A stretch of 64,000 nucleotides of DNA from an uncultured Candidatus Saccharibacteria bacterium (GTDB lineage Bacteria; Patescibacteriota; Saccharimonadia; Saccharimonadales; AWTP1-31), in NCBI GenBank assembly GCA_964643545.1, contig CAZXTE010000002.1, positions 18,587 through 82,586 on the forward strand, in the 5' to 3' direction. The position numbers and the translations under genes are program-made. Shown here in pieces: positions 9,602 through 19,249 of this stretch (within the stretch, counting starts at the first letter, position 1; the number at the start of each line of letters is the position of its first letter). Under the pieces are notes generated by a model. The model worked only from the letters and a program-made list of their open reading frames with translations, was not told where the DNA came from and did not search any database.

Positions 9602-10825
9602 GTGCAGCCGGAAGAAAAACTAGTTAAACAAGAGCAGAGTGTAAAAAAAGCGGATGATTCATCGCTCAAACAGGGGGTGCAGGCAGCAAAAAAACGGTTT
9701 GCTGCTTTGGCCTTTCTGCTACTGACGTGTCTTAGTGTTGGCTTCTTCGGTGGTTGGCTTGGGGCGCGCAGTTCACCACAGAATGGTACTACCGCTAAAA
9801 CAACGGCAGCGAGCCAACAGATTATCGCCAATGAAAGTCAGCTCATAAACAAAATCGCCAAAGACGTTGGCCCGAGTGTTGTCTCGGTGAATGTTACTGG
9901 CCAGAGCCAATCAGATATCTTTGGTCTGGGATCTTCACAGCAGAGCGCCGGCACAGGCTTTATTCTAAATACAGAAGGTATCGTCATCACAAATCGTCAC
10001 GTAGTCCCACAAGGCACCAGCGCTATAAGTGTGACACTTTCTGACGGTACAAAACTAGATAAGGTCGAGCTGATCGGTCGCACCAGCAGCAGTGACTCCC
10101 TAGATGTTGCATTTCTAAAGATAACAGACACAAAAGGTAAAAAATTAGTTCCTGCAACATTGGCAGATTCAAGCAAAGTGCAGGTTGGTGATAAAGTTGT
10201 GGCTATTGGCAATGCGCTTGGGCAGTTCCAGAACACCGTAACTTCTGGCATCATCTCCGGGTTTGGTCGCAATGTAGAGGCGGGTGACGGAAGTGGTGCA
10301 AATACAGAATCGCTTCAGAATCTATTCCAAACAGATACGGCAATTAACAGAGGTAATTCAGGTGGACCGTTAGTTAACACAAGTGGTGAGGTCATCGGTA
10401 TCAATACTGCAGTAGCGGGTAATGCAGAGAATATCGGTTTTGCCATACCAATAAATGACGTTCAGGGTCTCATAAAGAGTGTCATCCAAAATGGCAAACT
10501 GCTTCGGCCGTATCTTGGGGTGCGGTATGTTCTGCTCACCGATGACTATGCGTATCAATACAATCTGTCTGTAAAGCGAGGCGCCTATATTCCACCAGCA
10601 CAAGCTGGGCAAGAGGCAATTGTTGGCGGCAGCCCTGCACAAAAAGCCGGCTTAAAAGAGAAAGACATAATTACCAGAATAGATAGCACCGCGATAGATG
10701 AAAACAATAGTCTCACCTCAGTTCTTGGAAGGCATAGTGTCGGTGACAAGATTACTCTATATGTAATTCGAGATGGAAAAGAGAAACAACTAACAACAAC
10801 GCTTGAGGCTGCGCCGGGTTCGTAG
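9602..10825 (+). CDS. htrA: HtrA/DegP-family serine protease with PDZ domain
   Basis: Trypsin-like triad context (TNRHVV, DVAFLK, GNSGGPL) plus a C-terminal PDZ-like region and an N-terminal TM anchor. GGGAGGG SD lies before GTG 9602; TTG 9599 is an alternative start. Confidence 0.85.
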   Translation: MQPEEKLVKQEQSVKKADDSSLKQGVQAAKKRFAALAFLLLTCLSVGFFGGWLGARSSPQNGTTAKTTAASQQIIANESQLINKIAKDVGPSVVSVNVTGQSQSDIFGLGSSQQSAGTGFILNTEGIVITNRHVVPQGTSAISVTLSDGTKLDKVELIGRTSSSDSLDVAFLKITDTKGKKLVPATLADSSKVQVGDKVVAIGNALGQFQNTVTSGIISGFGRNVEAGDGSGANTESLQNLFQTDTAINRGNSGGPLVNTSGEVIGINTAVAGNAENIGFAIPINDVQGLIKSVIQNGKLLRPYLGVRYVLLTDDYAYQYNLSVKRGAYIPPAQAGQEAIVGGSPAQKAGLKEKDIITRIDSTAIDENNSLTSVLGRHSVGDKITLYVIRDGKEKQLTTTLEAAPGS

Positions 10826-11635
10826 TTATTCGGCGGGTTCGAATTGTTGAATAAAATCTTCGCTGTTCACCAATTTGTAGCCTGTATTCCGCGCAATGTC
10901 CTCAAGCTTGCCGTGCTGGAAAGGCAGGCTCTCGGTAAATACAGCCGGGCGAAGGCTGCTTTCTTGCAGTTGTTTGAACAGCTTTCGATATACGTCTAGG
11001 CCATCCATACCACCAAAGATTGCTACGTTTGGCTCATTTTCTGCTGCCTTATTAATTTTGTGCGCATCAGGCACATACGGAAGATTTGCAGCAATAATAT
11101 CGTAGGAAAACGGGCAAGACTGTAGGAGGTCACTCTTTCGAATTGCTGGGTCTAGGCCATGCTTCCGTGCATTCTTGGTCGCAACGCTGAGCGCAGACGG
11201 ATCTATGTCCACCAGGTCAACAGCAGATGTTGAGAGTTCCAGCGCAAGGGTAATGCCGATGGCCCCAGACCCAGTGCCCAGGTCGCAGACAACAACGCGA
11301 CCTTTGTCTTCGGCGTACGTTTTTATAAGGTCAATCATGGTCTCTGTCTCTGGCCGGGGCTCAAGAACGGCATTATCGATATAAAATTCTCGTCCGTAAA
11401 ACTCCGTTTTATTCCGTATGTAGGAAAGTGGGATATGCCTTTGTCGTCGTTCTACGAACGAGTCCAGGAGAGTTTCTTGCTTCTGGGTTAACTCAATTTC
11501 TGGGTGAGCCAGGAGATAGGCTCGGTTCTTTCCGAGGACGTCTTCTAAGCGCACAAGGCAGTCAAGGCGCGCTGTTGGGATGTCGTTATCGGCTAGGTCT
11601 TGTGTGGCTTTTCTGAGCCAAGCATCAAGTTTCAT
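10826..11635 (-). CDS. prmC: Release factor glutamine N5-methyltransferase PrmC/HemK
   Basis: SAM motif [12 protein letters not shown] and a substrate motif ANLPYV (NPPY-like). It overlaps the prfA stop by 11 nt. Confidence 0.85.
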   Translation of the reverse strand: MKLDAWLRKATQDLADNDIPTARLDCLVRLEDVLGKNRAYLLAHPEIELTQKQETLLDSFVERRQRHIPLSYIRNKTEFYGREFYIDNAVLEPRPETETMIDLIKTYAEDKGRVVVCDLGTGSGAIGITLALELSTSAVDLVDIDPSALSVATKNARKHGLDPAIRKSDLLQSCPFSYDIIAANLPYVPDAHKINKAAENEPNVAIFGGMDGLDVYRKLFKQLQESSLRPAVFTESLPFQHGKLEDIARNTGYKLVNSEDFIQQFEPAE

Positions 11636-12680
11636 CGTTGATAAGTTGAGATTCGTACTTCTCGAGCGCTTGGGTTAGGTCGTCGATGTCGCCACTCAGC
11701 GCGCCTTCTATATTGCTGCGAGAAAAACCAATCCGGTGGTCTGTAATACGATCCTGTGGGAAGTTATAGGTGCGAACTTTCTCGCTGCGCTCGCCCGAGC
11801 CAATTAATTTTTTTCGAGATTCACTCAAGGTTTTTTGCTCATCTTCAATTTTAAGAGCAAGCAGCCTTGATCGAAGTACGCCCATAGCCTTATCTTTATT
11901 CTTAATCTGGGACTTTTCATCTTGACAGGTTACCACCAGGCCTGTTGGCAAATGGGTAATTCGTACGGCAGAATCGGTTGTATTGACGCTCTGTCCGCCG
12001 TGACCACTACTGCGATAGACATCGATGCGTAAGTCGTTCGGACCAATCTCTACATCAGTTTCTTCTGCTTCTGGTAGGACGGCCACTGTAACAGTGGACG
12101 TATGAATGCGTCCTTGGCTTTCGGTGCTTGGGATACGCTGTACCCGGTGTACACCAGCTTCAAATTTAAGTTTCTTGTAGGCTTCGTCACCACGGATTGC
12201 AAAAATAATTTCCTTAAAACCACCAACATCACTGGGACTTTCGCTGATCAGTTCTGTTTTATAACCATTTTGTTCACACCAGCGGCTATACATTCGAAAT
12301 AGATCGCCCGCAAACAGGCTTGCTTCGTCGCCGCCAGCAGCAGCACGAATCTCCATAACCACATCGCGGTCGTTATTGGGATCTTTCGGAACAAGCGCTT
12401 CGTGCAAGGCCTCTTTAGCGACAATCTGTGCAGCTTGCAGCTCCTCCAGTTCAGCGCTCGCGAGCTCAGACAGCTCATTCTTAGCATCAACAAGCTCATG
12501 GGCTTCTGCTATATGTTTATCGATACGCTCAACTGCATCGAAGAGCGCCAGGGTTTCTTCGAGTTGCTTGTGTCGCTTCGCAAGCTTTGGATATTCCTTG
12601 GAACTAAAGATAGCAGAGTCTTGTAACCTCTTCTGCAATTCTTCATATTCTTGGCGCAATGATTGCTGCTTATTATCCAT
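11625..12680 (-). CDS. prfA: Peptide chain release factor 1
   Basis: PST tripeptide ([14 protein letters not shown]) and the GGQ motif ([23 protein letters not shown]). Confidence 0.95.
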   Translation of the reverse strand: MDNKQQSLRQEYEELQKRLQDSAIFSSKEYPKLAKRHKQLEETLALFDAVERIDKHIAEAHELVDAKNELSELASAELEELQAAQIVAKEALHEALVPKDPNNDRDVVMEIRAAAGGDEASLFAGDLFRMYSRWCEQNGYKTELISESPSDVGGFKEIIFAIRGDEAYKKLKFEAGVHRVQRIPSTESQGRIHTSTVTVAVLPEAEETDVEIGPNDLRIDVYRSSGHGGQSVNTTDSAVRITHLPTGLVVTCQDEKSQIKNKDKAMGVLRSRLLALKIEDEQKTLSESRKKLIGSGERSEKVRTYNFPQDRITDHRIGFSRSNIEGALSGDIDDLTQALEKYESQLINDET

Positions 12681-12701
12681 AGTTTGTCCTTAGTATAAAA
12701 G

Positions 12702-12737
12702 AAAACAGTCAGTTCCGTATGGTTCTGACTGTTTTAT
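12702..12737 (-). terminator. Intrinsic terminator after rpmE
   Basis: On the minus strand AACAGTCAG and CTGACTGTT form a 9-bp stem around a 12-nt loop. This is followed by TTCTTTTAT. The prfA -10 box (TATACT) follows directly. Confidence 0.6.
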
Positions 12738-12749
12738 CGGGATTATTCG

Positions 12750-13094
12750 TTAGCTTTTCTGCTGTGGAGCACCGATTTTTTGTGCTTCGGTCTGTTTTTT
12801 ATCTCGTGTTTTGCCGGCTCGATCTTTCTGAGCTTCTTTCTTCTCTGCTGCAGCCTTCTGTCGGGCTTTGAACTTATCGACACGTCCTTCGATATCTACC
12901 ATCTTTTCTTGGCCGGTGTAAAACGGGTGTGATGCACTGCTGATATGTACGTTTATAAGCGGGTATTCTTTGCCGTCTTCGTACTTAACAGTTTCGTCGC
13001 TCGCAACGGTAGAGCGCGTCAAAAACATCTGCCCATTGTTCAAATCTTTGAACACGACAGGTCGATAAGTGCTAGGGTGAAAATCTTTCTTCAT
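12750..13094 (-). CDS. rpmE: Ribosomal protein L31 (type B-like, no Zn-binding Cys pairs) with a basic C-terminal extension
   Basis: [15 protein letters not shown] ... [24 protein letters not shown] matches L31. Confidence 0.9.
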   Translation of the reverse strand: MKKDFHPSTYRPVVFKDLNNGQMFLTRSTVASDETVKYEDGKEYPLINVHISSASHPFYTGQEKMVDIEGRVDKFKARQKAAAEKKEAQKDRAGKTRDKKQTEAQKIGAPQQKS

Positions 13095-13099
13095 TAGAC

Positions 13100-13135
13100 T
13101 TGAAGGATTATACAGATATGGAGTATATTATTCAA
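13100..13135. promoter_or_regulatory. Overlapping divergent promoters (rpmE on the minus strand, giant ORF on the plus strand)
   Basis: Plus strand: TTGAAG 13100-13105, 18 nt, TATATT 13124-13129. Minus strand: TTGAAT (complement 13130-13135), 17 nt, TATAAT (complement 13107-13112), then 12 nt to the rpmE ATG. Confidence 0.55.
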
Positions 13136-13167
13136 GTAGTAACTAATAATAAAAATGTAAAACAAAT

Positions 13168-16100
13168 ATGACAACCGTTATAGATGAAGCAGCAAGTCAC
13201 CACGGAGAAGCTCAGAAACAGAGTATTTCGCCGGACGATGCAGCAGAAATAGGTCAAGCTGCGCTTACCGTTCTAAATAAACTTGGCCAGCCCGAAATTA
13301 CTCCTGAGGTTGAAAGCTTTGTTGCAGATGTCGATAGTGGCGAAGCTAGTAGATCAGACTACCGCCTCGAAGATAGATTGCGTGCTCGATCCGGATTTGC
13401 CAAAGACGAGCAGGGTAATTCAGTACGACCTGACGGTAGAAATAATCTTAAAGAATCCCGTACAGTAACACCAGAACAACGGGAGTTAGTGAAAGTGGCT
13501 GCGGCAGAACGGAGTGCCACTGCAGAAAAAGCGCGGACGGCAAGCGTTAAGCTTAAAAGCCTAGAAGCTACACGCAGCTTCTTCGATGACATTGTTTCAG
13601 GCGAAGCTAGTAGATCAGACTACCGCCTCGAAGATAGATTGCGTGCTCGATCCGGATTTGCCAAAGACGAGCAGGGTAATTCAGTACGACCTGACGGTAG
13701 AAATAATCTTAAAGAATCTCGTACAGTAACACCAGAACAACGGGATGTTTTACAAGAATTTGCTGAACGGCGTGCTAGGGTGGTTGGTGCTGCGCAAGAA
13801 ACAGGCAGCGAAGTAAGGGGTATAGTTGATACCGCCAGCTTCTTCGATGACATTGTTTCAGGCGAAGCTAGTAGATCAGACTACCGCCTCGAAGATAGAT
13901 TGCGTGCTCGATCCGGATTTGCCAAAGACGAGCAGGGTAATTCAGTACGACCTGACGGTAGAAATAATCTTAAAGAATCTCGTACAGTAACACCAGAACA
14001 ACGGGAGTTAGTAGCCACTACTGTATCCAGTATAAGAGAATTAAAAGCAGATCTGCCTCAAGATCTAAAAACACAGCTTGGTGCCGGTTTAGACGGTTCA
14101 AAACTTAAGGAGTTAGAAGAACAGGTTATAAAGGAACGTGGTCAGGCGCAGGTCCCAGCAGACGTAGAGCGGTGCGATGCAGAGCTCGAAACACTGGCGA
14201 AACTTGTTGAGTTGAGTGATCAGATAAGGTTAGTACAACAGTTCGCAGCTGCCGTGCAACAAGGCCCAGACCAGGCTCGGGGCGTACTTGGTGCGGCAGA
14301 AGTATCCAGCACAGAAGACTCAAAGCTTGTCGGAGGCATTCTTACCCGCTCCGTTGTTGCGGCAAGGCTTAAGTTGGCAACAGAAAGTGTGCTTAGCGGG
14401 CAGGGTTCTCCCGAGGAGGCGCTGAATCAGCTTCAAATTATTGCTGAAAGCCCATTTTTTGCCGAGCAAATTTTAGCGGTTGCCGCTTATGCAAAACAAC
14501 GACAAATTATTGAAGAGGTAACATCGGTTGTGTCGGGTGCCACACTCGACTCTCTCGACTATGAAACACGCATGAAAGCACTGATGGACTTGCCAGAACG
14601 ACCAACCATCGAGGGCTTCGACTACTTTAAAGAGAAACGACGGCTTGTTGGTGAGTGCCGTGAAATTTTAGTTGAAGCAAGAACAGCAGAATTGCGCCGG
14701 TCTTTTGGTGACAAAGCGGTTGGTGCAGATGCCCTGATTGAGCAGATCATGGCGCTACCTAGCACCGAACCAGAAGATATTAAACTGCAAGAAGAACTAC
14801 TAGAGGCATTGGCTGTGTATTTGTTCGCGCGCCGTAAAGATCGGCCAGCCGATTTTGGTCGAGTATTCGACGAGCTCACGGAGCGCGTGAATAAACAGCT
14901 CATGCCAGAACTGCCGAAGAGCCTTGAGTTAGGCCGGAATTTGGGCGCGGCAAAATCCTTAGCACGGAAATTTAAGACTATTATTGCTCCAATTTTTCAG
15001 GCTGCGCGTGGCGATGAGCGCACGAAAGGCGTAGAGAAGTATATAACTGGCCGCGAGGGTTCCGGTGTGGGTAGAGAGTCGTACACGCTCGAAGTCGAAC
15101 GGTTGGCTGCGCAACGAGAACTAACCGATCTGGAAAGAGAATATCTAGAGTCTGTTGAAGCATTGAGTATATTCAATCCTCATCTTGTGGCCATTGCTCG
15201 TGAGTGTCCAGAAGTTGCCGAAGTCGTGCTAAAGGACTATTTTGAACGACTATCATCTCAAACAACAGAAACCATAGAAGATGGTAGCTACGTTCCTTTG
15301 CTATTTATTGGTTTGGGGCCAGAAGGCGTTACGGCACTCGGTGAATTACTTCGCATCAATCCAGCACTTGCCTCAACGTTACTCGCGGTTGATCAGGGGG
15401 CAATGCCGGGCGGCCCATTCGCTGTTCCAGAGGGTCCCGCTTGGCTACTAAACAGTGCCTCTGCCCGCGGTAATCCTGAGCCCATGCTTCCAGATTCACC
15501 ACTAACGACGGAAGCTGCAACGGGTGTACCCGAGGAGCGCACCGTACGCGCACTGTCTGGTCCACTCGGCTTTTATCCTGGAGAACGGCCAAAAGGTAGC
15601 GACACGCGGCCAGGAAGCATCAATACTACCGTAAACTACTTGCCAACCCCCGATGATATTTCCGATGAACAATTTGCGCTCAATGACGATCTGGCGCTCA
15701 TCGTTCAGTTGCAGGCCGCCATGCTTCTTGATAGGGCGGTGATGCGAACTAGGGTGGTGTCGGTTGAACCAAACCGTGATCCATCTGCGCAAGGAGATAA
15801 ACTTGTTACTCTGATGATGTTTGGTGTGGATGGCACAGAGCAAGAGGTAAAAATCAGAACTGATGCTGTTATCAACGCAAGCGGTCTTGGCGAACCGAGT
15901 TACGGGTTCCAGGCAACAGAAAGGTTTGCAGAGCTAGTTGATGCATCGAGGGAGCGCCCTGCAAATCAATTTCCGCTTGTCAGTACCACGCTGGAGGCTT
16001 TTCAGGCGTTAGCCGGCAAGGAGGGGGAGGTTAGAATCTTGGGTGACACTATTGTTATCTCTGGCTCAGGAAACTCCACGGCGACACTTGTAGAGTATAT

Positions 16101-17172
16101 TGGTGGCATTGTCGGTAATTCCGACAATCCAACAATACGAAACGTCAGAAAAATATATGTCGTTGCTGAGGGTGACTTGAGTAGACGGTCTCGCTATAAA
16201 GCAATCGCTGAGCTTCGTTCTAGGGGTGGCAGAGGGAACCTCGTGGAGTTTATTTCTAGTCGGGTTGGGGATGCGGCTTTGGATCATGAAACAGGGCGTG
16301 TTATTTTGTATGATCAACAAGGCAATCCAATCAAAGATTCCGACGGAGAAGTCGTTGAGGCGTCGTCGTTTATTGCGGGAACAGGTTTTATCCCAACGAC
16401 CGATCGGGTGTTCAGCGCATTCTTATCTCCGACTAAAAGGATTCGGGAGGGTGGTGGCGTTAAGTCAGTCGTATTGCCCACAAACCCGGACATTGCGGTA
16501 GCAGACGTGCTAGAAGCAGATCCAACGGTATTATTTGTTGGTACTGCATCACGACCCCAATTTCAGGGCGATAAACTAGATCAGCTTCCTACAGATGCCC
16601 GACGAGCCCTCGTAGATAATGGTGCGGGGAATGCAGTAGCTATCGGTTTTCGTGCACCCGACACGCGGGCTGCAATTCGTCTCTTTCTGGATGCTAACCC
16701 ACAAATTGATGCGGATAGCTCTGTTCAAGAGTCGGCCCCAGAGCCTATCGAAGTCGTTAGCTTGAGATCTCCTAATGGAGCACCTGCCCCCATTAGTATT
16801 GAAGCAGAGCTACCACCAGTCGGCGAGTTGCCGGCTGTACGCCGAGACCTATCTACGGATTCAACTATTCTGACGCCACTGTTCCTGGGATCTTTTGGCC
16901 GTTTGCGGCTAGCTGGCGGCGAAACAGCCGAGGTCGAATTTGACGTCCAGGAGCGAGATGGGAAGCTGAGTGTGGCATTCCAGGGTGAGCCTGGGTCATC
17001 CGTGTCATCGGAGCTGCTTGGAAAGGTTGCCGGAGCGGTACTGGATAGGTTCTTTGTAGCATATTGGCTTAAGGCAAGGAGTACTCGCCGCGAGCGGGAC
17101 GGATTGCGTGTATCAGTGGCTTTTCGTAACGGACGCCTTGATCTCAAAGAGACATACGTTGAGCCGATCTAA
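13168..17172 (+). CDS. Large hypothetical protein (1334 aa): three N-terminal 87-aa repeats, a helical middle, and a C-terminal region with two dinucleotide-binding-like motifs
   Basis: Uninterrupted 4-kb ORF. No signal peptide or TM helix is visible. Motifs: GLGPEG (15310-15327), GSGNS (16063-16077), AGTGF (16375-16389). Confidence 0.7.
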   Translation: MTTVIDEAASHHGEAQKQSISPDDAAEIGQAALTVLNKLGQPEITPEVESFVADVDSGEASRSDYRLEDRLRARSGFAKDEQGNSVRPDGRNNLKESRTVTPEQRELVKVAAAERSATAEKARTASVKLKSLEATRSFFDDIVSGEASRSDYRLEDRLRARSGFAKDEQGNSVRPDGRNNLKESRTVTPEQRDVLQEFAERRARVVGAAQETGSEVRGIVDTASFFDDIVSGEASRSDYRLEDRLRARSGFAKDEQGNSVRPDGRNNLKESRTVTPEQRELVATTVSSIRELKADLPQDLKTQLGAGLDGSKLKELEEQVIKERGQAQVPADVERCDAELETLAKLVELSDQIRLVQQFAAAVQQGPDQARGVLGAAEVSSTEDSKLVGGILTRSVVAARLKLATESVLSGQGSPEEALNQLQIIAESPFFAEQILAVAAYAKQRQIIEEVTSVVSGATLDSLDYETRMKALMDLPERPTIEGFDYFKEKRRLVGECREILVEARTAELRRSFGDKAVGADALIEQIMALPSTEPEDIKLQEELLEALAVYLFARRKDRPADFGRVFDELTERVNKQLMPELPKSLELGRNLGAAKSLARKFKTIIAPIFQAARGDERTKGVEKYITGREGSGVGRESYTLEVERLAAQRELTDLEREYLESVEALSIFNPHLVAIARECPEVAEVVLKDYFERLSSQTTETIEDGSYVPLLFIGLGPEGVTALGELLRINPALASTLLAVDQGAMPGGPFAVPEGPAWLLNSASARGNPEPMLPDSPLTTEAATGVPEERTVRALSGPLGFYPGERPKGSDTRPGSINTTVNYLPTPDDISDEQFALNDDLALIVQLQAAMLLDRAVMRTRVVSVEPNRDPSAQGDKLVTLMMFGVDGTEQEVKIRTDAVINASGLGEPSYGFQATERFAELVDASRERPANQFPLVSTTLEAFQALAGKEGEVRILGDTIVISGSGNSTATLVEYIGGIVGNSDNPTIRNVRKIYVVAEGDLSRRSRYKAIAELRSRGGRGNLVEFISSRVGDAALDHETGRVILYDQQGNPIKDSDGEVVEASSFIAGTGFIPTTDRVFSAFLSPTKRIREGGGVKSVVLPTNPDIAVADVLEADPTVLFVGTASRPQFQGDKLDQLPTDARRALVDNGAGNAVAIGFRAPDTRAAIRLFLDANPQIDADSSVQESAPEPIEVVSLRSPNGAPAPISIEAELPPVGELPAVRRDLSTDSTILTPLFLGSFGRLRLAGGETAEVEFDVQERDGKLSVAFQGEPGSSVSSELLGKVAGAVLDRFFVAYWLKARSTRRERDGLRVSVAFRNGRLDLKETYVEPI
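13339..14012 (+). repeat. Three tandem in-frame repeats, period 261 bp, with a near-identical core of about 150 bp
   Basis: The core GGCGAAGCTAGTAGATCAGACTACCGCCTCGAAGATAG...CCAGAACAACGGGA starts at 13339, 13600 and 13861. There is one mismatch (C versus T in AAGAATC[C/T]CGT). Copies 2 and 3 also share the prefix AGCTTCTTCGATGACATTGTTTCA. Confidence 0.95.
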
Positions 17173-17182
17173 CAAAGAGCGC

Positions 17183-17211
17183 TTGCAACAGGGGTGATTC
17201 TTTGCTACAGT
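17183..17211 (+). promoter_or_regulatory. rpsB-tsf promoter (extended -10)
   Basis: TTGCAA 17183-17188, 17 nt, TGcTACAGT with -10 at 17206-17211. This leaves a leader of about 93 nt before the rpsB ATG. Confidence 0.5.
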
Positions 17212-17310
17212 ATGGGCACAATTATTAAGCAGGTGATCGCATAAATCCTCCTACGTTGACTCATGCAGGGCAACATAGGCAGGCGACTACCGAAGAGAAA
17301 GGATTACAAT

Positions 17311-18054
17311 ATGGCATCAGTAGATGTTGATATCAAACAATTATTACAGGCTGGTGCTCACTTTGGGCACAAGACAAGCCGTTGGCACCCAAAGATGGCG
17401 CCTTACATTCATAGCAAGCGTGAAGGTACCCATATTATTGATCTGACAAAAACAGTTGAGTGCCTAAACGAAGCGCTCGCATTTGTCGAAAAGACAGTAA
17501 GCGAAGGCAAACAGATCTTGTTTGTTGCTACTAAGAAACAAGCGCAGGATATTGTTAGGCAGGCCGCAGAAGATGTGAACATGCCGTTTGTGACACAGCG
17601 TTGGCTTGGTGGCATGTTGACGAATGAAGCTACCATCGGTGGTCGCATCAAGCACCTTAAGGACCTAGAAGTACGTATGGACAGTGGTGCCTTGGCTGCA
17701 AAGTACAACAAGCTAGAGCTGCAGCGTTACCAGGAAGAAATTGATCAGATGAATGGTCTGTACGGTGGCATCAAGAATATGGATGGCAAGCCAGGGGCAA
17801 TCTTTATTGTTGACGTTGTGAACGAAATGAACGCTGTTCGCGAAGCACTCAAGCTTGGTATCAAAACAGTTGCTATCGTTGATACGAATGCAGATCCAAC
17901 CGACATCGATTACCCGATTCCAGCCAACGATGACGCAATCAAGACCATCCAGCTAATCGTCGATTATATGAAACAAGCTGTTGAAGCTGGTAAAGCAAAG
18001 CACCAAAAGAAAGCTGACAAAACCGAGAAAGTTGCTGACAAGGAGGAGAAATAG
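17311..18054 (+). CDS. rpsB: Ribosomal protein S2
   Basis: MASVDVDIKQLLQAGAHFGHKTSRWHPKM. SD AAAGGA lies upstream of ATG 17311. The 17263 start in the ORF track is probably too long. Confidence 0.95.
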   Translation: MASVDVDIKQLLQAGAHFGHKTSRWHPKMAPYIHSKREGTHIIDLTKTVECLNEALAFVEKTVSEGKQILFVATKKQAQDIVRQAAEDVNMPFVTQRWLGGMLTNEATIGGRIKHLKDLEVRMDSGALAAKYNKLELQRYQEEIDQMNGLYGGIKNMDGKPGAIFIVDVVNEMNAVREALKLGIKTVAIVDTNADPTDIDYPIPANDDAIKTIQLIVDYMKQAVEAGKAKHQKKADKTEKVADKEEK

Positions 18055-18651
18055 ATGGCTATATCACTCGAAGATGTTAAAAGACTCAAAGATCTTACAG
18101 GTGTCGGGCTAACCGATGCAAAAAAGGCTCTCGAAGAAGTGGGCGGCGACTTTGACAAAGCACTGGAGGCAATGCGAAAGAAAGGGCTAACTAAGGCAGA
18201 AAAGCGTGGTGAACGAGAAGCACGTGCCGGTGTTGTTGGTACCTACAACCACGATGGACGCATCGGTGTCTTAGTAGAGGTTAACTGCGAGACAGACTTT
18301 GTTGCACGAAACGAACTATTTACAGATTTAGTTAAAGATTTGGCCATGCACATTGCGGCAAGTTCTCCAGAATTTGTCAGCGTAGAGAGTGTCTCTAACG
18401 AGGCGCGAGCAAAAGCTGAGGCCGAATTTACAGAAAAGGCTAAAGCCGAAGGTAAGCCAGACAACATGCTAGGTCAGATCGTAGATGGTATGCTTAAAAA
18501 GCATTTTGCAGAGCGCTGTTTGCTAGAACAACCTTTTGTTAAGAATCCCGACCAAACAGTAGCAGACTATCTAAAAGAACATATCGCGAAACTTGGAGAG
18601 AACATTGTTATCCGTCGTTTTGAGCGAATGGCATTGGGCGAAGTTAGCTAG
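18055..18651 (+). CDS. tsf: Elongation factor Ts
   Basis: UBA-like N-terminus (VKRLKDLTGVGLTDAKKALEE) and an EF-Ts core. AGGAGG lies in the rpsB tail. Confidence 0.95.
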   Translation: MAISLEDVKRLKDLTGVGLTDAKKALEEVGGDFDKALEAMRKKGLTKAEKRGEREARAGVVGTYNHDGRIGVLVEVNCETDFVARNELFTDLVKDLAMHIAASSPEFVSVESVSNEARAKAEAEFTEKAKAEGKPDNMLGQIVDGMLKKHFAERCLLEQPFVKNPDQTVADYLKEHIAKLGENIVIRRFERMALGEVS

Positions 18652-18689
18652 ACTGTATTACAATACATACAGAAAGAAGGACGCTTAAC

Positions 18690-19241
18690 ATGACTGTTGA
18701 AGATGCAAAGACGAAGTTTAATCAGACAGTAGCTCATTTTCAGGATGAGTTAAAGAAATTACGAACTGGCAGGGCAAGCGCGGCGATGCTAGATGGCGTC
18801 ATGGTGGAGGCGTATGGCACACAAATGCCCCTCAACCAAGTGGGTACGGTCAGTGCACCTGAACCACAACTCCTACAGATTAGCCCGTTCGACCCAAACA
18901 ACATTCAGGCTATCACAAGTGCCATTCGAGATAATCAGTCACTTGGTCTCAACCCTATGGATGATGGGCATGTCGTTCGGTTACCAATTCCCCCATTAAC
19001 CGAAGAGCGACGTCGTGAGATCACCAAACAGGTAAGTGCCAAGTTGGAAGATTGCATGATTAGCATGCGCAATACTCGCCATGAAGCCATGGACGAGGTT
19101 AATCGTGCAAAAAAGGATAAAGAAATTGGCGAAGACGAAGCAAAACGGCGCAGCACGCAAGTAGACGAAGCAATGAACAAGGCAAAGAGTGACGCCGAGG
19201 CGGCAGCCAAGGCAAAAGAAACCGAAATAATGACAATCTAG
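18690..19241 (+). CDS. frr: Ribosome recycling factor
   Basis: FQDELKKLRTGRASAAMLDGV ... LPIPPLTEERRREI matches RRF. Confidence 0.95.
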   Translation: MTVEDAKTKFNQTVAHFQDELKKLRTGRASAAMLDGVMVEAYGTQMPLNQVGTVSAPEPQLLQISPFDPNNIQAITSAIRDNQSLGLNPMDDGHVVRLPIPPLTEERRREITKQVSAKLEDCMISMRNTRHEAMDEVNRAKKDKEIGEDEAKRRSTQVDEAMNKAKSDAEAAAKAKETEIMTI

Positions 19242-19249
19242 GGGGTTTT

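Noticed and set aside
10840-10856. T-loop-like GGGTTCGAATTG, which could indicate a tRNA.
   Set aside because: It lies inside the prmC coding sequence. htrA and prmC abut with no gap, and no acceptor or anticodon stems can be drawn. No tRNA was found elsewhere in the window.
13359-13853. Two 77-aa minus-strand ORFs (13359-13592 and 13620-13853) with nearly identical sequences.
   Set aside because: They are antisense images of the tandem repeat inside the giant plus-strand ORF. Their duplication simply reflects the repeat, and they have no independent start signals.
17263-17310. Upstream ATG extension of rpsB proposed by the ORF track (MQGNIGRRLPKRKDYN...).
   Set aside because: S2 proteins start near MA.V....LL.AG.HFGH. 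ATG 17311 has an SD (AAAGGA) at the proper distance and the extension has none.
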